Virus record (IMG/VR): IMGVR_UViG_3300043119_000732
Direction: 5' to 3' (one strand)
DNA: 64,000 bases
From: a virus
Lineage: Duplodnaviria; Heunggongvirae; Uroviricota; Caudoviricetes
How positions within the stretch are numbered: position 1 is the stretch's first letter; each line of letters begins with the position of its first letter. Position numbers and translations under genes: made by a program. The notes under the pieces were generated by a model that was given only the letters and a program-made list of their open reading frames with translations, did no database searches and was not told where the DNA came from. Shown here in pieces: positions 57,248 through 64,000 of the stretch.

Positions 57248-60200
57248 ATGAATATAACGAGCTTAAAAGAGTTTCTAAACGCACAGAATTTTTCAGATCA
57301 ATACCCTAACGTTGTAGGCTGGTGCATATCTACCAAAGAAGTAGATTTAATTGATACTGATGAGATATGTGTTAAGTTTTTTGTTACAAAAAAGAAATCA
57401 ATCGAAGAGTTGTTACCTGAAGAGATATTACCTCTAACAATTACTTTAGATGGTACAGACGTTATTACAGATGTGTTAGAGACTGGTACGATTAGTACTT
57501 TAGATAGTTATAATAATGTAGAGAATTTGAGCGGTGAATTACCTATATACGTACCGCACCAAGTAGAAGATATTAAAATCCAAGCAACAACCTATTTTAA
57601 TACCATGGACCCTCTTGTAATACCTCTAAGTATTTCAAGAAACATACATAGACCATTGAAAAGTGGTGTATCATCAATTCATACATTAGGTTCCGACGCT
57701 ACATTAGGATTGATCGTTAAAGATAATACAGATAACTCGATTTGCTGTCTTTCAAACAACCACGTGTATGCGCAGAGTCAAATGTCTGGTTATCTATCTG
57801 TATCTGGTACAAATTTAAATACAGCTATTTTATCTGCAAGGCAGCCAGCATCTTCACAATACACACCTTATGGTGCTATATCAATATGGCCTCAACATAC
57901 TATAGGTAGACATAAGAGGTGTCAAACATTTAATTTAGATAATAATTACATTGATGCAGCCCTTGTACATATACAAAATTATAACATTATAGATACATCT
58001 TCTAATCAAGTTATAGGGTTTAATGTACCTGGACCTTATCAATTTGCAACAACACAAGAGATTGATTCTTTACTTGACCCTAATTCACCTAATTTTCAAT
58101 CACCTGTATTCAGAAGTGGTAGAACATTAGGGCCTATGGGGTTTCCTGGAAACATATATACAAAAGATACCCATGCAGTACCAATAGATCTTATAACCAA
58201 TCAAACACAATTGTCTAGCATATTTACAAAGGTAAAACACTATAAAACATATTACGGTACAACTCTATTTGGTTTTAGTGGTACAGACGTATATCACTGT
58301 GGTCATGGTTCTTTTAATTTGCTTTTTTTTGGTAATATAAATATAGTACCAGGTGGTAGTAGATTAGAATTTGGTCTATTACCTATGAAGTTTAAAGACG
58401 TTTGGTTAGATAATACTTTTTTTGTAGGTTTAGGTGTAGATAATAAACTATACTCGTCAGGAACTAGCACTAGATACCAATATAATTATTCTGACAGGTA
58501 CAGCGTACTACCGAATCAATTACCTAATTATGATAATATAGATTTAAAAATATATTCCGGAAATATTTATATCTTAAAAGACAAGAAGATAAATGTGATA
58601 GGAAACAATAGTACTAGTCAGACTATTGGTTATGGTCTATCTGCAGATAGTACAACTACTTGGGTTGAGTTACCTGGTGAGTGGGACCAAATAGCTTTAT
58701 TTAACTACTCACTTGTTGCATTATCAGGTAATAAAATCTTTTATTCTATACCTTCTTACTATAACTACGCATCTTTTTCTTCATTTCCTGTTACTAATAC
58801 CCCTTATTCATTAAATAGCAATATTTTAAATGTTGGTAATTTTAAAAAAATATTAGACTGTAATTTATTATCTTCGAGGTTATTTGCACTATCTACAAAT
58901 GATGTATTATGTGAAATTTTTAGTTCATCTAGTCAAGGCACAAGTATAATATTTTATCCAAGTTTTAAAGGTAATATAAAAGCGGTAAATGATGGATACA
59001 ATTCAGTTACAGGTATTCTATCTGGTGGTGAAATTTATGTTAAAAAGAATACAGATAGTAATAGTAATTACAATGTAACATACAGCACAAACCCTTTAAC
59101 TGCTATACAAGCACAAGCTAACTCTAACACGTTTACGAAAATACCAGGGATTACAGCGGATGATGTATATGGTGTATTTTCTTCAAGTAACAGTAACAAG
59201 GAAACTCTACTTTTTAACTCCAATAGTAGTTTTAGTGTTTTAGGCTATAATGTAGATGGTTGTTTTGGTATTAATAATAGAACGAACGATAAGATTATAA
59301 TTGATAGCATAGGTGCAAGTTCACTTGTAAATGTTTACACTAACACTAAACCTTTATTATTTAAAGACTGTATTACATTGAGAAGTAAAGAAAAAGCATT
59401 TCCAGTAACCCAGGGTGGAGATTCTGGAACAGCTGTATTTGCTTTATTAAGCTCAACTATACCTTCATTATCAACATGGAAATGTGTGGGTTTGATATTT
59501 GCGGGTAGAACGCCTACTAACGATGCAAGTGGATTTATTTGTAGAATAGACCGTATAGTAGACTCATTAAATATATCACCTTGGTCTGGAACGATACCAT
59601 CTCATATACCTGTTATAAAAAACATAAGTGTAGAGACTCAAACTGAGACACCACATACAATAACATTATCCGGTAGACAATTTTACAATATTGGATTAAA
59701 CACAATAGCATTATCTACAGCACCTACCACAACTACTAGCACAACGACTACTACAACTCAATCAAACACACCTACCACAACTACTAGCACAACGACTACT
59801 ACAACTCAATCAAACACACCTCAATATCTTGAATTTAACTCACCCTTACAATTTACGTCTAGACGGGATATTATACCAGGAAATACAACGCATACTTTCC
59901 CGGCATGTGCCACAAATATAACAGTAAACGGTATAGATTACTACCTTTATAGAGTGTGGCAACTTATAATATGTAATGATGTAGCAGTAGATATATTACC
60001 TTTAAATACCCGTACACCTTCATTATCAGACGGGTGCCATGTGATGGCGTTTTATAATAGTGGGTTAACAAATTCTTTTGCATTAACCTCCAGAACTTAT
60101 TACCCAGCACCTAATGTATACAGTACACCAATATCTAATAGAGTACCTATAGAAGAAATATATTTCAACCAATCACTTAGTGTTGTATACCCACCTAATC

Positions 60201-60367
60201 CAACTTCTAGACTAGATGGTATTAATTATTATTCAAGCAGAGTATTTTCCTATTATAGTAGAGATATAACTGTAAATGAACTCGAAATTGTAGAAGTTGA
60301 AAATAAACTACAACAGGTATTAATAGATACATACAATGAAGCTAACAATTGGAATTCCAACGTTTGA
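57248..60367 (+). CDS. Nal1-like trypsin-fold serine protease with a large internal insertion, Thr-rich linker and C-terminal domain
   Basis: Prodomain VVG...K.V....E.C.KFFV.KK...EEL...ILP...TDV.E.G; triad NNHV / DAAL / GGDSG; SGRT; W..VGL.FAG. Confidence 0.72.
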   Translation: MNITSLKEFLNAQNFSDQYPNVVGWCISTKEVDLIDTDEICVKFFVTKKKSIEELLPEEILPLTITLDGTDVITDVLETGTISTLDSYNNVENLSGELPIYVPHQVEDIKIQATTYFNTMDPLVIPLSISRNIHRPLKSGVSSIHTLGSDATLGLIVKDNTDNSICCLSNNHVYAQSQMSGYLSVSGTNLNTAILSARQPASSQYTPYGAISIWPQHTIGRHKRCQTFNLDNNYIDAALVHIQNYNIIDTSSNQVIGFNVPGPYQFATTQEIDSLLDPNSPNFQSPVFRSGRTLGPMGFPGNIYTKDTHAVPIDLITNQTQLSSIFTKVKHYKTYYGTTLFGFSGTDVYHCGHGSFNLLFFGNINIVPGGSRLEFGLLPMKFKDVWLDNTFFVGLGVDNKLYSSGTSTRYQYNYSDRYSVLPNQLPNYDNIDLKIYSGNIYILKDKKINVIGNNSTSQTIGYGLSADSTTTWVELPGEWDQIALFNYSLVALSGNKIFYSIPSYYNYASFSSFPVTNTPYSLNSNILNVGNFKKILDCNLLSSRLFALSTNDVLCEIFSSSSQGTSIIFYPSFKGNIKAVNDGYNSVTGILSGGEIYVKKNTDSNSNYNVTYSTNPLTAIQAQANSNTFTKIPGITADDVYGVFSSSNSNKETLLFNSNSSFSVLGYNVDGCFGINNRTNDKIIIDSIGASSLVNVYTNTKPLLFKDCITLRSKEKAFPVTQGGDSGTAVFALLSSTIPSLSTWKCVGLIFAGRTPTNDASGFICRIDRIVDSLNISPWSGTIPSHIPVIKNISVETQTETPHTITLSGRQFYNIGLNTIALSTAPTTTTSTTTTTTQSNTPTTTTSTTTTTTQSNTPQYLEFNSPLQFTSRRDIIPGNTTHTFPACATNITVNGIDYYLYRVWQLIICNDVAVDILPLNTRTPSLSDGCHVMAFYNSGLTNSFALTSRTYYPAPNVYSTPISNRVPIEEIYFNQSLSVVYPPNPTSRLDGINYYSSRVFSYYSRDITVNELEIVEVENKLQQVLIDTYNEANNWNSNV
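59721..59821 (+). repeat. Exact 48-bp tandem duplication (2 copies plus 5 bp) encoding PTTTTSTTTTTTQSNT
   Basis: CACCTACCACAACTACTAGCACAACGACTACTACAACTCAATCAAACA at 59721 and 59769. Confidence 0.9.
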
Positions 60368-61154
60368 TGATTATGATGGTGTGTACTTTACGATACAGTC
60401 GATTAGACTATATCATTCTGAAGTACTTAACGATATTGAAATAATTGTTGTTGATAACAATCCAGATAGTAAGCATGGTGAGGCATTAAGAAGTTTTATA
60501 TCCTCAGTTCCAAATGGTAAAGTTATACCTTTTAGGGAGTACTCATCAACTTTCGTAAAAGGTAAAATATTTGAATATGCAAATACACCGTATGTTATGT
60601 GTATCGATAGTCACGTACTACTATATCCAGGATCAATAAAAATATTAATAGATTTTTTTGTTAAAGGGTTAGATGAAGGAAATCTATTACACGGTCCACT
60701 GTTATATGATGATATAAAACACATTTCCACACATTTTGACTTAGTTTGGAGAGGTCAAATGTGGGGTACCTGGGGTACAGATCCTCGTGGATTGAATATA
60801 AATAATCAACCGTTTGAAATACCTGCTCAAGGAATGGGTCTATTTGCTTGCAGAAAAGACGCATGGTTAGGATTTAACTCTAAATTTAGAGGTTTTGGTG
60901 GTGAAGAAGGTTATATACATGAAAAATATCGTAAAAATGGTAAAAAAGTTTTATGTCTACCATTTTTACGATGGTTACATAGATTTGCAAGACCTAACGG
61001 TGTACCATATAGGCTAACACTTGAAGATAAGGTAAAAAATTATTTTATAGGTCATAAAGAATTAAACTTAGATACAAAGCCTGTTTTTGATCATTTTAGC
61101 GAATTTATCTCAACTGAAGTTTTACAAAAATGGTATTCTGATGTAGATAGCTAA
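60336..61154 (+). CDS. GT2 glycosyltransferase
   Basis: LTIGIPTF, IIVVDNN, VMCIDSH, F.GFGGEE, H.F. Confidence 0.85.
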   Translation: MKLTIGIPTFDDYDGVYFTIQSIRLYHSEVLNDIEIIVVDNNPDSKHGEALRSFISSVPNGKVIPFREYSSTFVKGKIFEYANTPYVMCIDSHVLLYPGSIKILIDFFVKGLDEGNLLHGPLLYDDIKHISTHFDLVWRGQMWGTWGTDPRGLNINNQPFEIPAQGMGLFACRKDAWLGFNSKFRGFGGEEGYIHEKYRKNGKKVLCLPFLRWLHRFARPNGVPYRLTLEDKVKNYFIGHKELNLDTKPVFDHFSEFISTEVLQKWYSDVDS

Positions 61155-61177
61155 TACTATTTTGTAAATATTGTTAA

Positions 61178-64000
61178 ATGGCTATTGGTATTGAATATTA
61201 TAGTACGCTTAAACCTGTAAATCTCACGCTTACAGATGATACCGCTAATCTTGATAGTGTTACGTATGGTACACAGCAAGGTAGTATATTGACAGAATAC
61301 AATTTTCTCTTAAGTTCTAACGACTGTATAATAAAGAATTATACAGATAACTATCTCACATTTAATTTTTCTAAAGAAGATATAATGGATGAGATCTTAC
61401 CTGAGCGTTTAAACAACTCTATTGTTACACAACTTTATATAGAAGATACACCAAATCAATACGTTACATTAATACCAAACAGTTTGGTTTCAGCATCGCA
61501 AGCAACTATAACAGCAAGTAATTCAAGTTATGCTCAAAATTTCGTAATTGATTTTTATACATTAACTAGTGGTGAAAATATATGCTTACTTTGGAGTTAT
61601 GATAAGTATTACAAAAAATATCTATTTGTACGAGAGAATATTAGCAACACCTTAATATTTTCACCAGCATCAGCAACATATTTTAATTATCTATACGACT
61701 CTGATAATAATATCATTAACCTATTCTGCACACTTACAAGTGGCACTGGGTGGTTAGTTTACGGTGCACCTTCAAGCGCTGTCTATAGTTTAAGTGTAGG
61801 TACACCTTCAGCGCTAAATAAAACTAGAATAAATTTTTTAACTAATCGACAAGCAAGAGACACAAATGTATATAATACTCAAAATTTTGTATTATATACA
61901 TCAGGTGTTAATATAGATAATAATAATTCGTTAACCAATATAAAAAATAACTTCTTAGTATATTCACCTTACGAAACCTGGACACCATCTGCAACATCAG
62001 TCGATGGTAATGTAGATCTTTTTAACTTAAAAAATTATACTTCTAAAAATAACTTTGTAAATAGAGTACCTTTCTTTAAAAACAAGCAACAACGTAATTA
62101 TAATGCAATTATAACAAACGACTATCAAGAAACATCTAACGAAAAATTACAGCTTGGTTTTAATTTTTTTACAAAAGAGTACTTAATAACACCTGATAAG
62201 TATACCAAATTTACATTGCCTGATACAATAGCACCTTTTACAAGAATTAATATAAACGATTCCGGGTTAAAAGAAGCTGGTGCTTACGCTGCAACTTCTC
62301 CTTACTTTAGTGATAGGGTTTATAAATTACTTGATAATAACAAAAATGTTAATACTGCTAACGAGTCAAATGGTATATTTTTATGCTCATGGTTTAATAT
62401 CATAGATGGTATTTGGTACGATAGATATTATATACCACAAAATACATCATACATAAATGCACTCAGTTCTAGTACATCGCAGGTGTTTACATTTAAATCA
62501 GAGCTAGATAGTTTTGTAGAAAATATCGGACTAACTAAATTAAATTTTTATGATATACAGTCAGCACTAATGTTCGAACCAAATAGTACTTACTACTATG
62601 CAAGAATAGGTAATAAATATATAGAAAATGTTTTAAGTGGTAAAGACGTTAATTTACTTAGACAAACTATTATACCTTACGATATAAATACAGGTAATGA
62701 AGAACCTGAAACTGAACAACTATTACTTAACGGTTCTGTATATGATAGCTTTGATATAGGTAGTATAGGTACTGGTAGATTTAACGTATCCTTTAGGATA
62801 AAAGCAAAAGATTTCGAAAATGCAAAAGCATATCAGTTATTAGGTAACAATTATAATATAGGTTTTGCATTACGTAAAAATTTTTACTTTACACCTTTCA
62901 TAATTATACAGCAAAACAATGCGGTGTATTTTTATGATACTGATTTCAATCTTATAAAAAAGAATACATATGACCCTGTTGCTGTAGGTAACATATCTGA
63001 TATCTGTTATGTTTCACAAACAACAGATATAGTATTACGCACATCTAACGGGTTATTTAGAACTGACATTACCGGTCAAATAATTAATTACAATACAGAT
63101 ATACCTGACGGAATTAAAACATCGGTTGCTAGCAGACACTTTTATGGTAAAGGTAATAAAGCTATATTTACCACCAAAAATGTATCACCATGCCCTGTCT
63201 ACATTACAGATCTACAGACACTCGTAACTGCTCTCTCAACAACACTATCTAACGGGGCAAGTTCAGTAATTACCACATCAACAGATAGTACCTTTACATT
63301 ACCTGGAGAAAAAGGTATAAATATTAACGATACTTTTGGTGCAAGTCTGTCATCAGACAAATATGTATTGTTTACTAATCTACCTACAAATACCTCGTAT
63401 GTCGGGTTGAGTACAGTCTATAAAATAGACGATATAAGTAGTCACGATAATAATCTCTATATTCAGAGTAACAATAGCTTAAAGATTTTTAATACAGATA
63501 GAGAGCTATTATCTACTATAAGCCTTTCAGAGTCAGCTGTCAACGGTTTCAAAATAGACTTTATATCCGAAGATTATAAAACTCTACCTTTAATCTTTTC
63601 AAGAGACACTAATAATAATATTATTGCTGATAAGATATCCCTTACTACAGGTAAGATTCTATCAACATATAGCCTATCAATTTCTTCAGTGTCTGGAAAT
63701 AACGCGTTTGTTAACTGTACTGGATTTTACTTCGCAGAAAATACGTATAAAAATTACGAAGATAAGCTTTGTTTAACAGTAAACTTACCAAATACATTTA
63801 TTACACAAACATCTGCAAGAGTATGGAGTACATATGCTCACAGTTGGTCTGCAATCACACCTGTATCGTATTGGGCGTTTAATTACTCTTCAGTTAATGT
63901 ACTGAACGATAATTCAATTATTGACGTAATACCATTACAATACCTAGATAACCATATTGATATGGACTTTAATTTACTCGACGGTGTAATTAATGTTTAC
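61178..64000 (+). CDS. Large Ser/Thr/Asn-rich putative virion protein, 3' truncated (at least 941 codons), not in the track
   Basis: ATG at 61178, 7 nt after TAAATA; reads MAIGIEYYSTLKPVNL...; no stop found in the parts I translated. Confidence 0.7.
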   Translation, partial: MAIGIEYYSTLKPVNLTLTDDTANLDSVTYGTQQGSILTEYNFLLSSNDCIIKNYTDNYLTFNFSKEDIMDEILPERLNNSIVTQLYIEDTPNQYVTLIPNSLVSASQATITASNSSYAQNFVIDFYTLTSGENICLLWSYDKYYKKYLFVRENISNTLIFSPASATYFNYLYDSDNNIINLFCTLTSGTGWLVYGAPSSAVYSLSVGTPSALNKTRINFLTNRQARDTNVYNTQNFVLYTSGVNIDNNNSLTNIKNNFLVYSPYETWTPSATSVDGNVDLFNLKNYTSKNNFVNRVPFFKNKQQRNYNAIITNDYQETSNEKLQLGFNFFTKEYLITPDKYTKFTLPDTIAPFTRININDSGLKEAGAYAATSPYFSDRVYKLLDNNKNVNTANESNGIFLCSWFNIIDGIWYDRYYIPQNTSYINALSSSTSQVFTFKSELDSFVENIGLTKLNFYDIQSALMFEPNSTYYYARIGNKYIENVLSGKDVNLLRQTIIPYDINTGNEEPETEQLLLNGSVYDSFDIGSIGTGRFNVSFRIKAKDFENAKAYQLLGNNYNIGFALRKNFYFTPFIIIQQNNAVYFYDTDFNLIKKNTYDPVAVGNISDICYVSQTTDIVLRTSNGLFRTDITGQIINYNTDIPDGIKTSVASRHFYGKGNKAIFTTKNVSPCPVYITDLQTLVTALSTTLSNGASSVITTSTDSTFTLPGEKGININDTFGASLSSDKYVLFTNLPTNTSYVGLSTVYKIDDISSHDNNLYIQSNNSLKIFNTDRELLSTISLSESAVNGFKIDFISEDYKTLPLIFSRDTNNNIIADKISLTTGKILSTYSLSISSVSGNNAFVNCTGFYFAENTYKNYEDKLCLTVNLPNTFITQTSARVWSTYAHSWSAITPVSYWAFNYSSVNVLNDNSIIDVIPLQYLDNHIDMDFNLLDGVINVY

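Noticed and set aside
4640-60864. Many short antisense or overlapping track ORFs (for example 4640-4894, 8381-8749, 8879-9319, 12530-12934, 37270-37587, 47146-47868, 56472-56891)
   Set aside because: They are shadows of real genes on the other strand or in another frame. They have no motifs or promoter context.
1-64000. tRNA, rRNA or CRISPR loci
   Set aside because: Intergenic gaps are short and AT-rich. I saw no cloverleaf (TTCGA T-loop with acceptor stem) and no repeat-spacer array by eye; a tRNAscan-SE run would be decisive.
1-64000. Assigning a host taxon, or calling this a eukaryotic giant virus
   Set aside because: gp55, sheath, tube, baseplate and gp17 indicate a T4-like bacteriophage. 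The sequence alone gives no reliable host marker.

Overview
This window is an AT-rich (roughly 30% GC by eye) segment of a large T4-like (Tevenvirinae-related) myophage genome. From left to right it holds: small head-associated genes; a recombination/replication block (uvsY, uvsW, gp55 late sigma, gp47, gp46, PolB, uvsX, gp41, gp32, gp45, primase); a sugar/base-modification set (several glycosyltransferases, queC, class II glutamine amidotransferase, GNAT, rmlD/rmlA/rmlB, thyX); and neck, terminase, tail sheath/tube and baseplate genes ending in large putative virion proteins. Structures the ORF track misses: (1) gp46/Rad50 is fractured at its Walker A motif by an atypically split intein (28-aa IntN, 123-aa IntC), with a free-standing endonuclease gene between the halves; (2) a 243-nt ORF-less group I (IA2-like) intron interrupts a glycosyltransferase gene; (3) many genes start exactly 5 nt after a TAAATA late-promoter box, which suggests leaderless late mRNAs; (4) a palindromic back-to-back promoter is duplicated around a two-gene cassette; (5) the amidotransferase near queC starts at ATT; (6) a Nal1-like serine protease carries an insertion of about 370 aa inside its catalytic domain. 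Functional calls come from motif recognition and synteny only; no searches were run.
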